A stretch of 64,000 nucleotides of DNA from contig JAIPCX010000012.1 of NCBI GenBank assembly GCA_021737945.1, forward strand, positions 6,665 through 70,664. Reading direction: 5' to 3'. The notes under the pieces are model-generated. The model was not told the origin of the DNA. It did not search any database and saw only the letters and a list, made by a program, of their open reading frames with translations. This document shows positions 38,114 to 48,632 of this stretch, piece by piece (the first letter of the stretch is position 1; each line of letters starts with the position of its first letter). The position numbers and the translations under genes are program-made. Origin of the DNA: Polynucleobacter sp. (GTDB lineage: Bacteria > Pseudomonadota > Gammaproteobacteria > Burkholderiales > Burkholderiaceae_D).

Positions 38114-40357
38114 ATGGTTTCCACTACCCTTCATGCCGAAGGCAATGAAGCATTGATCGCTGGCTTGCGTGCCGAGGATGCAGCGCGCGTGCTAGACGCT
38201 CAGCAATTTGCTCGTGCAACGTATGAGGATCGTCAGGTGCCGACGGGGCAGGATGCGCTGAGTTTTTCTCGTGGTGTGGTGTCGGCATTAGCGGCATTGC
38301 GTACTGATGCTGATACGCGTATTGCTGGCATGTTGTTTGAATTGACTGCTATCGATGAAAAAAGTGCAGAGCAAATTGAATCGCATTTCGGCGCCGAAGT
38401 CGCCAACATGGTTACGGGTATACGTCAGCTCATGCGATTGCATGAAGGTGTGATTATTCATAAAGAAGTGGGCAAGAGTAAAAACAGCGCGACCACACAG
38501 CTAGAGACCTTACGCAAGATGACGCTGGCGATGGCGACCGATATGCGTGGTGTATTAGTGCGACTGGCATCGCGCTTGACTACGCTGCGTTATTTTGCTG
38601 AATGCAAACTAGAAAACGACATGACCTTGCGCTACGCGCGTGAGACCTTTGACTTATATGCGCCGTTAGCGAATCGACTCGGTGTCTGGCAGCTCAAATG
38701 GGAGCTGGAGGATTTGTCATTTCGTTTTAATGATCCTGCGGGCTATAAGAAAATCGCGCGCATGCTGGAAGAGCGGCGGATAGAGCGAGAAAGCTTTGTC
38801 GAAGAGGCGATCCTACGACTTAAAACTGAGTTGGGGATGGCAGAAATTAAGGCTGATGTGTACGGGCGCCCCAAGCATCTCTACAGCATCTGGAGCAAGA
38901 TGCAGGGCAAGGATATTGATTTTTCGCGCTTGCATGATGTGCGTGCATTTCGTGTGATCGTTGATGATATAAAAACTTGCTACGCCGTTCTGTCTATCGT
39001 GCATAACATCTGGACTCCGGTGACTGAAGAATTCGATGATTACATCGCGCGTCCTAAGTCGAATGGCTATCAGTCACTACACACGGTAGTTCAAGCGAAT
39101 GATGGCCGCACGCTAGAAGTGCAGATACGAACTCAGGACATGCATCGCTTTGCTGAATATGGCGTAGCTGCGCACTGGCGCTACAAAGAAGGCAGTGGTG
39201 GTTCTGCTGATCAAAAATACGATGAAAAAATTGCCTGGCTTCGACAGCTACTGACGTGGAAAAGCGAAGTCGCTGATACGGTGGTGGGACAAGATGAGAC
39301 TGATCGTCAATGGGTAGAACAATTAAAATCGGCGTCCCTGAATGACCGCATTTATGTGATGACACCGCAGGCGCGTGTGATTGAGTTACCGGCAGGCGCT
39401 ACACCGATTGATTTTGCGTATCACTTGCACAGTAATATCGGACACCGCTGTCGTGGAGCGAAAATCAACGGCACTATGGTGCCATTGAATACGGCGCTTA
39501 AAAATGCGCAGACGGTTGAGATCATTACCGCCAAGGGTGAGGCTGCAGCTTCGGGTTCGGCAGGGCCATCGCGTGATTGGCTCTCCGATGGTTTTACGGC
39601 GAGTCAGCGTACGCGTGCAAAAATTCGCGCGTGGTTTAACGCAATCGAACAAGAAGAAACCTTGTCGCATGGACGAACAGTGCTTGAAAAAACCTTGCAA
39701 CGTGAAGGTAAGACAGCGGTCAATCTGGAAGATCTTGCGCACAAATTAGGTTTTGCCAAACTCGATGAGTTGCTACTCGCGGTGGGTAATGAACGACTGA
39801 GCCTGCGTTTGATAGAGCAGGCTTTGCATGCGAATGATGCAAACAAGGCAGTGCCTGTCGATGAGCAAGCGTTAGCGCGTAAAAGTCGAGCATCGAGCGT
39901 TACCCAGGGTGGCAAGTCGGGCGTGCTGGTGTTGGGTACCAGTGGATTGCTAACGAGTATGGCAAGTTGCTGTAAGCCAGCGCCCCCCGACCCCATAGTT
40001 GGGTTTATTACGCGTGGTAAGGGTATTTCGATTCATCGTGCGAGCTGTAAAAATTTTTCGCAAATGTGTCTGCGCGCACCGGAGCGCATGGTGCAAACAG
40101 AGTGGGGCGAATTGACCACGGATACGGTGTATCCCGTTGATGTGTTTGTTCAGGCGAGTGATAGACAAGGTTTGTTGCGCGATATCTCAGATATTTTTTT
40201 GCGCGAAAAAATCAATGTGATTGGTGTATCGACGCGCAGCAGTAAAGGACAGGCATTCATGTCGTTCACAGGAGAAATTTCGTCAACGGCCCAACTGCAA
40301 CGCGCCCTTGGAGTGATTCGGGACGTGAAAGGCGTGTTGGAAGTGAGGCGAACGTAA
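38114..40357 (+). CDS. relA: GTP pyrophosphokinase, RelA-type (RSH long form)
   Basis: 747 aa. The synthetase core is GRPKHLYSIWSKM...YQSLHTVV...EVQIRTQDMH. It has the EFDD (ExDD) motif typical of monofunctional RelA. I could not find an HD hydrolase motif in the N-terminal domain. TGS and ACT regions are present. Confidence 0.85.
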   Translation: MVSTTLHAEGNEALIAGLRAEDAARVLDAQQFARATYEDRQVPTGQDALSFSRGVVSALAALRTDADTRIAGMLFELTAIDEKSAEQIESHFGAEVANMVTGIRQLMRLHEGVIIHKEVGKSKNSATTQLETLRKMTLAMATDMRGVLVRLASRLTTLRYFAECKLENDMTLRYARETFDLYAPLANRLGVWQLKWELEDLSFRFNDPAGYKKIARMLEERRIERESFVEEAILRLKTELGMAEIKADVYGRPKHLYSIWSKMQGKDIDFSRLHDVRAFRVIVDDIKTCYAVLSIVHNIWTPVTEEFDDYIARPKSNGYQSLHTVVQANDGRTLEVQIRTQDMHRFAEYGVAAHWRYKEGSGGSADQKYDEKIAWLRQLLTWKSEVADTVVGQDETDRQWVEQLKSASLNDRIYVMTPQARVIELPAGATPIDFAYHLHSNIGHRCRGAKINGTMVPLNTALKNAQTVEIITAKGEAAASGSAGPSRDWLSDGFTASQRTRAKIRAWFNAIEQEETLSHGRTVLEKTLQREGKTAVNLEDLAHKLGFAKLDELLLAVGNERLSLRLIEQALHANDANKAVPVDEQALARKSRASSVTQGGKSGVLVLGTSGLLTSMASCCKPAPPDPIVGFITRGKGISIHRASCKNFSQMCLRAPERMVQTEWGELTTDTVYPVDVFVQASDRQGLLRDISDIFLREKINVIGVSTRSSKGQAFMSFTGEISSTAQLQRALGVIRDVKGVLEVRRT

Positions 40358-40467
40358 ATCGAACCTCAATCGAACCTAAGGCAGCGTAAAAGAAGCGCGC
40401 TTGCGGGGTGTTCTTCGCTTTTGGCATGTCATAAAACTAAGTTTCGCTGTATATCTGCCGTGTGAGA

Positions 40468-40497
40468 CTGGCAGAAAGATTCAAAGCTGGCTATAAT
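40468..40497 (+). promoter_or_regulatory. candidate sigma70 promoter of tRNA-Val
   Basis: CTGGCA, an 18-nt spacer, then TATAAT (40492..40497). A GC-rich discriminator CCGCCCTCC follows immediately before the tRNA 5' end. Confidence 0.5.
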
Positions 40498-40508
40498 CCG
40501 CCCTCCTT

Positions 40509-40585
40509 AGGCGCGTAGCTCAGCTGGTTAGAGCACTACCTTGACATGGTAGGGGTCGTTGGTTCGAGTCCAATCGTGCCTACCA
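40509..40585 (+). tRNA. tRNA-Val (anticodon GAC)
   Basis: Folded by hand into a cloverleaf. The acceptor is AGGCGCG/CGTGCCT with one G-U pair. The D-arm is GCTC..GAGC. The anticodon stem is CTACC/GGTAG with loop TTGACAT. The T-arm is GTTGG-TTCGAGT-CCAAT. The 3' end is an encoded ACCA. Confidence 0.95.
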
Positions 40586-40790
40586 AATTTTTCTTAAAAA
40601 TCATGTGGTTTGCGTGTTTTAAGAAAACTTTGGGATTAAATTGGGTCTAGCATTGATCTAGTTTCATTATTTACTTAGCAGGATTTTTTGTAAGAGCGAG
40701 AAAGGCACCACGGTTATGACACCGCGAACTAGCACCTCGACCTTTGGTTTGATTCGCTAGTCCGATTCTCGGTTTTACCATGCAGTGAGA

Positions 40791-40815
40791 AAAGCGCGGC
40801 TAGCCCGCGTTTTTT
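40791..40815 (+). terminator. intrinsic terminator-like hairpin 40 nt upstream of thrS start (possible attenuator)
   Basis: CGCGG-CTAGC-CCGCG gives 5 GC pairs, extendable with A-U pairs. It is followed by TTTTTTT. Confidence 0.6.
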
Positions 40816-40854
40816 TATGCCTCGAAATAGGCGATTCTTTGCAGGAGAATTAAC

Positions 40855-42762
40855 ATGATTTCCATTCGACTTCCCGATGGCTCGCAGCGCGAGTTTGACG
40901 CACCCGTTACCGTAGCGCAGGTTGCAGCCTCAATAGGCGCTGGCCTGGCTAAAGCGGCACTCGCTGGCAAGGTTGACGGCGCATTGGTTGATACCTCGCA
41001 CTTGATCAGTCATGACGCTGAGCTCGCTATCATTACTGACAAAGATGCCGATGGCTTAGAGGTGATACGTCACTCGACCGCTCACTTGCTAGCCTATGCT
41101 GTGAAAGAGCTTTTTCCGGATGCACAGGTAACGATTGGACCGGTCGTCGATAACGGGTTTTATTACGATTTTTCCTACAAGCGTCCATTTACGCCGGAAG
41201 ATCTGGAAGCTATTGAAAAAAAGATGGCTGAGCTGGTCAAGAAAGATGAGCCAGTCCAGCGAAAAGTTTTGCCTCGTGATGAGGCGGTTAAGTATTTCAA
41301 ATCGATTGGTGAGGCTTATAAGGCAGAGATCATTGAGTCGATTCCAGCCAATGAAGATGTGTCTTTGTACAGCGAAGGCAAATTTACTGATCTGTGTCGC
41401 GGCCCGCACGTACCGTCAACCGGTAAGTTGAAGGTATTTAAGTTGATGAAGCTGGCTGGTGCGTACTGGCGCGGCGATTCAAAAAACGAGATGTTGCAGC
41501 GTATTTACGGCACGGCTTGGGCAAAGAAAGAAGACCAAGAGGCGTATCTCCACATGCTGGAAGAAGCTGAGAAACGTGATCACCGCAAGCTGGGCAAAGT
41601 GCTGGATCTGTTTCACTTTCAAGATGAAGCGCCTGGTTTAATTTTCTGGCATCCCAAGGGCTGGACAGTATGGCAGCAGGTCGAGCAGTACATGCGCCGC
41701 GTGTATCAAGACAATGGCTATCAAGAAGTCAAAGCACCGCAAATTCTTGACCGCACGTTGTGGGAAAAGTCCGGGCATTGGGACAACTACAAAGACAACA
41801 TGTTCACCACGGATTCGGAGAATCGCCACTATGCGTTAAAGCCGATGAATTGCCCGGGTCATGTGCAGATTTTCAGATCAAATCTTCATTCATATCGCGA
41901 ACTTCCATTGCGTTACGGCGAATTTGGTCAGTGTCATAGAAATGAGCCATCGGGATCGCTGCACGGCATGATGCGTGTGCGCGGCTTTACTCAAGATGAC
42001 GGCCATATTTTCTGTACCGAAGATCAGATCCTTGATGAGTGCGTAGCATTCACTGCCCTGTTACAGAAGGTTTATCGCGATTTTGGATTTGATGAAGTCA
42101 TTTACAAAGTAGCGACTCGGCCAGAAAAACGTGTGGGTTCGGATGATTTGTGGGACAAGGCGGAAAAAGCCTTAATCACATCCCTCGAACGCTCTGGCTG
42201 CCACTACGAGATTTCGCCGGGCGAAGGTGCGTTCTACGGACCGAAAATTGAATACACCTTGAAAGATGCGATTGGTCGAGCCTGGCAATGCGGCACGATT
42301 CAGGTGGATTTCTCCATGCCGGTGCGTCTGGAAGCCGAGTACGCGGCTGAAGATAACAGCCGCAAGGTGCCGGTCATGCTGCATCGAGCTATTTTGGGCT
42401 CATTGGAACGTTTCATCGGTATGCTGATCGAAAATCACGCGGGTGCGTTGCCAGTTTGGCTAGCTCCGAGTCAGGTTAGCATTTTGAATATTTCCGAGGG
42501 TCAGATTGAATATGCGCAAAAACTTGAGCAAAACCTGAAAAAACAAGGGTTTAGAGTGCATACTGATTTGCGCAATGAGAAAATAACCTATAAAATACGC
42601 GAGCATTCAATGCAAAAAATTCCTTACATCGTCGTTGTCGGCGACAAGGAACGGGATGCAAACACAGTGGCCGTGCGTGCTCGAGGCAATGTCGATCTGG
42701 GTGTTATGAGTATCGATAGTTTGGTAGAGCGACTTCATCAAGAGGTTGCCTCCAAGGCCTGA
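40855..42762 (+). CDS. thrS: threonine--tRNA ligase
   Basis: 635 aa. It has an N-terminal TGS domain, the editing-domain HSTAHLL motif and the class II core ([25 protein letters not shown]). Confidence 0.97.
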   Translation: MISIRLPDGSQREFDAPVTVAQVAASIGAGLAKAALAGKVDGALVDTSHLISHDAELAIITDKDADGLEVIRHSTAHLLAYAVKELFPDAQVTIGPVVDNGFYYDFSYKRPFTPEDLEAIEKKMAELVKKDEPVQRKVLPRDEAVKYFKSIGEAYKAEIIESIPANEDVSLYSEGKFTDLCRGPHVPSTGKLKVFKLMKLAGAYWRGDSKNEMLQRIYGTAWAKKEDQEAYLHMLEEAEKRDHRKLGKVLDLFHFQDEAPGLIFWHPKGWTVWQQVEQYMRRVYQDNGYQEVKAPQILDRTLWEKSGHWDNYKDNMFTTDSENRHYALKPMNCPGHVQIFRSNLHSYRELPLRYGEFGQCHRNEPSGSLHGMMRVRGFTQDDGHIFCTEDQILDECVAFTALLQKVYRDFGFDEVIYKVATRPEKRVGSDDLWDKAEKALITSLERSGCHYEISPGEGAFYGPKIEYTLKDAIGRAWQCGTIQVDFSMPVRLEAEYAAEDNSRKVPVMLHRAILGSLERFIGMLIENHAGALPVWLAPSQVSILNISEGQIEYAQKLEQNLKKQGFRVHTDLRNEKITYKIREHSMQKIPYIVVVGDKERDANTVAVRARGNVDLGVMSIDSLVERLHQEVASKA

Positions 42763-42830
42763 CGGATCTGCCGTCAGGTTTCTTCGAAGCTGAAGCACGG
42801 CTTAATTATTGGATTTTTGAGGATACTGCA

Positions 42831-43352
42831 ATAGCTACTGATAAGTCGCACCGAATCAACGGTGAAATCTCCGCGCCTGAAGTGCGCTTGGCTGGTGTTG
42901 ATAACGAACCTTTGGGAATAGTCAGTCTCCCCGATGCGTTCCGTATGGCAGAGGAAGCGAATGTCGATCTGGTAGAAATCGCTCCTACCGCTGTTCCACC
43001 TGTTTGTCGTCTGATGGATTACGGCAAATTCAGGTATCAGGAACAAAAGAAGGCACACGAAGCTAAGCTGAAGCAGAAAGTGATCTTGGTCAAAGAGATC
43101 AAATTTCGCCCCGGTACGGATGATGGTGACTACAACATCAAGCTGCGTAACCTGATTAAGTTCCTCGATGAGGGTGATAAGACCAAGATTACCCTGCGTT
43201 TTCGAGGTCGAGAAATGGCGCACCAAGAAATTGGTATGCGTGTGTTGGAGCGACTGAAGGCTGACCTAGAGCCCTACGGCCAGATCGAACAGTTTCCAAA
43301 AATGGAAGGTCGGCAGATGGTGATGATCCTGTCGCCGAAAAAGAAGAAGTAA
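42831..43352 (+). CDS. infC: translation initiation factor IF-3, probable non-canonical AUA start
   Basis: The track ORF starts at GTG 42882. However, the conserved IF-3 N-terminus ([22 protein letters not shown]...) is encoded in frame upstream. ATA 42831 lies 7 nt after GAGGA (42819..42823). An in-frame ATT at 42813 is the alternative. Confidence 0.85.
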   Translation: MATDKSHRINGEISAPEVRLAGVDNEPLGIVSLPDAFRMAEEANVDLVEIAPTAVPPVCRLMDYGKFRYQEQKKAHEAKLKQKVILVKEIKFRPGTDDGDYNIKLRNLIKFLDEGDKTKITLRFRGREMAHQEIGMRVLERLKADLEPYGQIEQFPKMEGRQMVMILSPKKKK

Positions 43353-43528
43353 TTTTTGATAGAATCCGCGCTCCCGCTCAAAAGCGAGGCGCTTGAGGGG
43401 TAACCCTCAGGATGCGATGGCCTCGATGCCGTCGCCAATAAGAAGCGAGTGCAGGCATCCAAGAGCAGTGTTTTGCTGCCACCTGTAATCGTAAAAAAAT
43501 GGAACTGCCTGAAAGGGCAGCGAGTGTC

Positions 43529-43726
43529 ATGCCAAAAATGAAAACCAAGAGCAGCGCGAAGAAGCGTTTTCGCGTGCGCCCAGGTGGAACGGTCAAACGT
43601 GGTCAAGCGTTCAAGCGCCACATTCTGACCAAGAAAACTACCAAAAATAAACGTCAGTTACGCGGAGCTACTAGTGTTCATGAAACGAACATTAACTCTG
43701 TCCGCGCAATGATGCCCTTCGCTTAA
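43529..43726 (+). CDS. rpmI: 50S ribosomal protein L35
   Basis: [20 protein letters not shown]... from ATG 43529. The track ORF starts 30 nt earlier. Confidence 0.95.
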   Translation: MPKMKTKSSAKKRFRVRPGGTVKRGQAFKRHILTKKTTKNKRQLRGATSVHETNINSVRAMMPFA

Positions 43727-43753
43727 CCTCACTCTCGTCAATAGGAGCACACC

Positions 43754-44113
43754 ATGCCAAGAGTAAAACGTGGGGTCACAGCACGGGCCCGTCATAAAAA
43801 AGTCTTAAACGCCGCTAAGGGTTACCGCGGTCGTCGCAGTCGCGTTTATCGCGTTGCTAAACAAGCGGTCATGCGCGCTGGTCAATATGCGTATCGTGAT
43901 CGCCGTAACAAGAAACGCGTATTCCGTGCGCTTTGGATTACACGTATTAATGCCGCTTCACGCGAGCATGGTCTAACATACAGCGTATTCATGAACGGCC
44001 TGAAAAGAGCCGCGATCGGTTTAGATCGTAAGGTCTTAGCTGACATGGCTGTGATGGACAAGCCAGCGTTTGCAGCGATCGTTAATCAAGTAAAGGCCAC
44101 CATCGCCGCTTGA
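43754..44113 (+). CDS. rplT: 50S ribosomal protein L20
   Basis: [39 protein letters not shown]... Confidence 0.97.
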   Translation: MPRVKRGVTARARHKKVLNAAKGYRGRRSRVYRVAKQAVMRAGQYAYRDRRNKKRVFRALWITRINAASREHGLTYSVFMNGLKRAAIGLDRKVLADMAVMDKPAFAAIVNQVKATIAA

Positions 44114-44171
44114 TGCGAGGCGAGCGCTTCTCGCTAAGCGCTCACGCAGACGGCTGGTGACACAGACGTAG

Positions 44172-44209
44172 ATGGGGCAGCGGTTTCGACCGATGCCCCA
44201 TTATTTTTT
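44172..44209 (+). terminator. intrinsic terminator/attenuator between rplT and pheS
   Basis: ATGGGGCA-N14-TGCCCCAT followed by TATTTTTT. Confidence 0.7.
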
Positions 44210-44247
44210 CATCGTCATACTCAAAAAGAATTCGAGCCAAACATTCC

Positions 44248-45264
44248 ATGAGCACATTGGAACAACTCGTCGTCGCTGCTGAGACCGATTTCATCGGAGC
44301 TCAGGATCCTGCTGCGTTGGAAAACGCCAAGGCTAAATATCTAGGCAAGACTGGCTTGATTACTGAGCAGATGAAAGGCTTGGGCAAGCTTGATCCTGAT
44401 GCGCGTCGCGCTCAGGGCGCAGTCATTAATGAGGCCAAGGAAAAGATCGAGTCATTGTTATCCGCCCGGCGCCAAGCGCTGGCTGATGCACAGATGCAGA
44501 CGCGATTAAATGCGGAAGCCATCGATGTCACTCTGCCTGGTCGTGGCCGTGGTTTTGGCGGCATTCATCCGGTTATGCGTACGTGGGAGCGAGTCGAAGC
44601 GATTTTCGGATCGATTGGTTTTGATGTGGCTGATGGCCCTGAGATTGAAACGGACTGGACTAACTTCACTGCGTTGAATAGCCCGGAAAATCATCCGGCA
44701 CGTTCTATGCAGGATACATTTTATATTGATGGCAAAGACAGCACCGGTAAGCAGCTGCTGTTGCGTACTCATACAAGTCCTATGCAAGTGCGCTATGCGC
44801 GCATGAATCGACCACCGATCAAAGTGATTGCGCCGGGCCGCACGTATCGCGTTGATAGTGATGCGACACATTCACCGATGTTTCATCAGGTCGAAGGTTT
44901 GTGGATAGATACCGATATCAGCTTCGCTGATCTCAAAGGTGTCTATCTGAATTTTGTAAAAGCTTTTTTTGAAACGGATGATCTTCAAGTCCGTTTTCGT
45001 CCTTCGTATTTCCCCTTTACGGAGCCTTCCGCTGAGATCGATATTGCCTTTGGCAGTGGTCCGCTGAAAGGTCGTTGGCTTGAAGTGTCGGGCGCGGGGC
45101 AGGTTCACCCCACTGTATTGAGAAACATGGGTTTAGATCCAGAAGAGTTCATTGGTTTTGCCTTTGGCTCGGGTCTTGAGCGCCTCACCATGCTGCGATA
45201 TGGCATCAATGATTTACGTCTGTTCTACGAAGGCGATTTGCGCTTTCTGAAGCAATTTAACTGA
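44248..45264 (+). CDS. pheS: phenylalanine--tRNA ligase alpha subunit
   Basis: 338 aa. Class II motifs are present ([36 protein letters not shown]). Confidence 0.97.
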   Translation: MSTLEQLVVAAETDFIGAQDPAALENAKAKYLGKTGLITEQMKGLGKLDPDARRAQGAVINEAKEKIESLLSARRQALADAQMQTRLNAEAIDVTLPGRGRGFGGIHPVMRTWERVEAIFGSIGFDVADGPEIETDWTNFTALNSPENHPARSMQDTFYIDGKDSTGKQLLLRTHTSPMQVRYARMNRPPIKVIAPGRTYRVDSDATHSPMFHQVEGLWIDTDISFADLKGVYLNFVKAFFETDDLQVRFRPSYFPFTEPSAEIDIAFGSGPLKGRWLEVSGAGQVHPTVLRNMGLDPEEFIGFAFGSGLERLTMLRYGINDLRLFYEGDLRFLKQFN

Positions 45265-45285
45265 CTCCGTTCATACTGGCACACC

Positions 45286-47715
45286 ATGCAATTTTCAGAA
45301 AATTGGTTGCGTACTCTAGTCAATCCTAAGCTGACTTCGGATGAGTTGTCGCATTTGCTGACGATGGCAGGTCTCGAAGTGGAAGAGGTCGAACCGGTCG
45401 CGCCGCCGTTTACCCATGTGGTAGTGGCGCAGGTGCTTGAAGTGACTCGTCATCCCAACGCTGATCGTTTGAATGTTTGTCAGGTTGATGCAGGCACAGG
45501 AACGCTACTCACGATTGTGTGCGGTGAGCCGAATGTGCGCGCTGGTATGAAAGTGCCTTGTGCGCTGGCAGGTGCGAAGTTGCCGCCGGGGCCTGATGGT
45601 AAATCGTTAGAAATTAAAGTAGGGCAGCTGCGCGGTGTTGAATCGCAAGGCATGCTGTGTTCGGCTCGTGAGTTGTGCTTATCTGAGGATCATGGCGGCT
45701 TATTGGAATTAGCCGAAGGCGCTTTGATTGGACAAAATTTCCGTGATTATCAGCAGCTCAATGATTTGAAATTCACGATTAAGCTCACTCCTAATCGTGC
45801 GGATTGTTTATCGGTGTTGGGTGTTGCGCGTGAAGTGTCTGCGTTAACGGGTGTGACCTTACATCCACCCATTTGCAAACCGTATGCCAGTGACAGTGAT
45901 GAAAAGCTGAAAGTAAAAATCAGTGCACCTGATCTTTGCGGCCGTTTTTCAGGTCGTGTGATTCGTGGTTTGAACGCGAAAGCAGCAACACCTGAATGGA
46001 TGAAGCAGCGTCTGGAACGCAGCGGTCAACGACCTATCTCTGCCTTGGTTGATATATCGAACTATGTGATGTTGGAGTTGGGGCGTCCTACCCATGTATT
46101 TGATTTAGACAAAATTCACGGTAACCTCGAAGTGCGTTGGGGTCGTAAAGGCGAGTCGCTCAAGCTCTTAAACGGGACCACCGTTGAGATCGATGATTGG
46201 GTAGGAGTGATTGCTGATGAGCAGCAGGTTGAGTCACTCGCAGGAATTATGGGCGGTGATGCGACAGCGGTTTCACTCGAGACCACGAATATTTATTTAG
46301 AAGCGGCATTTTGGTGGCCGAATGCTATTCAGGGTAGAGCCCGTCGCTATAATTTTTCTACCGATGCGGCGCATCGTTTTGAGCGTGGCGTTGACTTCGC
46401 AACGACGGTTGAGCATATCGAACGTATTACACAGCTGTTAGTCGAGATTTGTGGTGTGTCTGGCCAGACTAAAGTGGGCCCAGTGGACGATCAAGTGACT
46501 CAGCTTCCTGAGCGCAAACCCGTACGACTGCGCGTTGCTCGCGCATCTAAGATCATTGGTATTCCTTTGGCGAGTGATGAGATCGCTACTATTTTTACGC
46601 GCTTGGGTTTGAGCCACACGCATAAAGAGGGTGTGTTCGAAGTGACAGCGCCTAGCTATCGCTTCGATATTGAGATTGAAGAAGATTTGATCGAAGAAAT
46701 TGCACGCGTCCACGGTTTTGAAAATATCCCCGCATTGCCGCCGGTCGCTGCTAATCAGATTCGAATTTTGCCGGAGCAAAGCCGCTCATTGTTTACTGTG
46801 CGTCGACAGCTAACTGACCTAGATTATCAGGAAGTTGTGAACTTTAGTTTTGTCGAAGCAGAAGCAGAAGTTGATTTTGCTGGAAATTCTCATCCCATCC
46901 GACTACTCAATCCGATTACAAGTCAGATGAGTGTGATGCGCTCGCAATTGGTCAGTGGTTTGGTGACCAATATTCGCTACAACATCAACCGTAAAGCAAC
47001 CCGCGTTCGCGTGTTTGAAGTGGGTGCTGTGTTTAACAATGACAGCCAGGTTGCTGATGGTCCTTTAACGGTAGCAGGTATTCGCCAATCTAAACATGTG
47101 GCAGCGATTGCCTATGGGCCTGTCGTTAATGAGCAATGGGGACATGAAGCACGCAGCGTTGATTTTTTTGATATCAAAGCAGACCTTGAAGCCTTGTGCT
47201 CTCCTCGAAAACTGCATTTTGCTCCGCTAGTTCACCCCGCGTTGCACCCCGGCCGATCGGCGCAAGTGTTAATTGATGGTGCGCCGGTGGGCTTTATTGG
47301 CGAATTGCATCCTCGCTTACAGCAAACCTTGGAACTGCCCTTAGCGCCGGTGTTGTTTGAGGTGGAAGCTGATTTTCTGCAGCAAAAAGCCGTGCCAGTT
47401 TATGCAGAGATTTCGAAATTCCCTGCGGTCACGCGTGATTTGGCATTGCTTGTCAAACAGTCATTAAATGTGCAAAGTATTTTTGATGTATTTGATGAGC
47501 AGCGGATAGGAAGTCAAGTCTGTCGAATCATGCAACATATTGTTTTATTTGATGAATATCGTGGAAAAGGACTGCTTCCGGACGAAAAAAGTCTTGCTTT
47601 CCGCATTACCATGCAAGATACTCAAAGCACCCTGCAAGATGACTCTATAGACGCTGCGTTAGGCGCGTTTATTAATGTTGTCAACAAAAAGCTTGGGGCG
47701 ACATTACGCAAATAA
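45286..47715 (+). CDS. pheT: phenylalanine--tRNA ligase beta subunit
   Basis: 809 aa. The N-terminus is [14 protein letters not shown]. tRNA-binding, B3/4, B5 and FDX-ACB regions are recognisable. Confidence 0.97.
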   Translation: MQFSENWLRTLVNPKLTSDELSHLLTMAGLEVEEVEPVAPPFTHVVVAQVLEVTRHPNADRLNVCQVDAGTGTLLTIVCGEPNVRAGMKVPCALAGAKLPPGPDGKSLEIKVGQLRGVESQGMLCSARELCLSEDHGGLLELAEGALIGQNFRDYQQLNDLKFTIKLTPNRADCLSVLGVAREVSALTGVTLHPPICKPYASDSDEKLKVKISAPDLCGRFSGRVIRGLNAKAATPEWMKQRLERSGQRPISALVDISNYVMLELGRPTHVFDLDKIHGNLEVRWGRKGESLKLLNGTTVEIDDWVGVIADEQQVESLAGIMGGDATAVSLETTNIYLEAAFWWPNAIQGRARRYNFSTDAAHRFERGVDFATTVEHIERITQLLVEICGVSGQTKVGPVDDQVTQLPERKPVRLRVARASKIIGIPLASDEIATIFTRLGLSHTHKEGVFEVTAPSYRFDIEIEEDLIEEIARVHGFENIPALPPVAANQIRILPEQSRSLFTVRRQLTDLDYQEVVNFSFVEAEAEVDFAGNSHPIRLLNPITSQMSVMRSQLVSGLVTNIRYNINRKATRVRVFEVGAVFNNDSQVADGPLTVAGIRQSKHVAAIAYGPVVNEQWGHEARSVDFFDIKADLEALCSPRKLHFAPLVHPALHPGRSAQVLIDGAPVGFIGELHPRLQQTLELPLAPVLFEVEADFLQQKAVPVYAEISKFPAVTRDLALLVKQSLNVQSIFDVFDEQRIGSQVCRIMQHIVLFDEYRGKGLLPDEKSLAFRITMQDTQSTLQDDSIDAALGAFINVVNKKLGATLRK

Positions 47716-47745
47716 GCACGCCGGATTGACTTAAAAAAATACATC

Positions 47746-48159
47746 ATGAACCACAGCAATCCTGTCGAAATGGAGTCCGTTGTTGCCGCTGATCTTGGCC
47801 GCGCTTTGCTAGCGTCTCAGGAAAATGCCGCGGCAGAAAAAGAGCTGCCTACTCTCACTAAAGCCGAACTTGCTGAAATGCTGTTTGAACAAGTGGGTCT
47901 GAATAAACGTGAAGCCAAGGATATGGTGGAAACGTTTTTCGAAGAGATTCGTGATGCGCTTGAGCGCGGCGAGTCTGTAAAACTTTCTGGTTTTGGTAAT
48001 TTTCAGCTGCGTGACAAACCGCAGCGACCTGGCCGCAATCCCAAGACGGGTCAGGAAATTCCTATCAGCGCCCGCCGTGTGGTTACCTTTCATGCGAGCC
48101 AGAAGCTTAAAGCCATGGTTGACAGCGCCACTCGGCGTTCATCTGTGCATGCTGGTTAA
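47746..48159 (+). CDS. ihfA: integration host factor alpha subunit (with N-terminal extension)
   Basis: [26 protein letters not shown]...[41 protein letters not shown]. Confidence 0.93.
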   Translation: MNHSNPVEMESVVAADLGRALLASQENAAAEKELPTLTKAELAEMLFEQVGLNKREAKDMVETFFEEIRDALERGESVKLSGFGNFQLRDKPQRPGRNPKTGQEIPISARRVVTFHASQKLKAMVDSATRRSSVHAG

Positions 48160-48173
48160 CAATCACCGTTTCC

Positions 48174-48554
48174 ATGAACGACCGCGCAGCCAAGCCCCTG
48201 CTGGCCCCTTTGCCTCCGATTCCGGCAAAGCGCTATTTCACTATCGGTGAAGTAAGTGAGTTGTGTGGTGTCAAGCCGCACGTGTTGCGTTACTGGGAAC
48301 AGGAGTTTACGCAGCTAAAGCCAGTCAAGCGTCGTGGAAACAGGCGCTATTACCAACATCATGAAGTATTGCTGATACGTCGTATAAGAGAGTTGTTATA
48401 CGAACAGGGTTTCACTATCAGCGGTGCGCGTAACAAGCTCGATACACGTCCATCAGCTCCCGATATCCCGGCAGCTCGTCTTCCAGTCATAGGCAGCGAT
48501 CTGGCTGCCCTGAGAGTTGAGCTTGAAGGCATCTTGGTCTTACTTAGAGCCTGA
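48174..48554 (+). CDS. MerR-family transcriptional regulator
   Basis: YFTIGEVSELCGVKPHVLRYWEQEF is a MerR-type HTH. From memory, the position after ihfA is conserved in betaproteobacteria. Confidence 0.85.
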   Translation: MNDRAAKPLLAPLPPIPAKRYFTIGEVSELCGVKPHVLRYWEQEFTQLKPVKRRGNRRYYQHHEVLLIRRIRELLYEQGFTISGARNKLDTRPSAPDIPAARLPVIGSDLAALRVELEGILVLLRA

Positions 48555-48604
48555 CTTCCTTGCCTGACATAGGCACTTTCTTCATTTATCACGCTGCGCA
48601 GGCG

Positions 48605-48632
48605 AAAAAAAAGCCCGCTCAAAAAGCGGGCT
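48605..48632. terminator. GC hairpin flanked by A8 on the left only (canonical terminator orientation is for the minus strand)
   Basis: AAAAAAAAGCCCGCT-CAAAA-AGCGGGCT. The plus strand has no T-run after the stem. The minus strand has T8 after it. Confidence 0.55.

Noticed and set aside
37459-38124. 221-aa ORF on the minus strand
   Set aside because: It is entirely antisense to the well-supported alpha/beta hydrolase gene and runs into the relA start. The sequence is low-complexity (Ser/Pro/Gln/His-rich) with no motif. It looks like a typical shadow ORF.
42774-43226. 150-aa ORF on the minus strand
   Set aside because: It is antisense to infC, whose product is unambiguous. No motif or RBS is present.
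44114-44247. pheM-like Phe-rich leader peptide ahead of pheS
   Set aside because: A terminator hairpin is present. The only ATG-initiated frames are [15 protein letters not shown] and one starting inside the hairpin stem. Neither is Phe-rich in the way attenuation leaders are.
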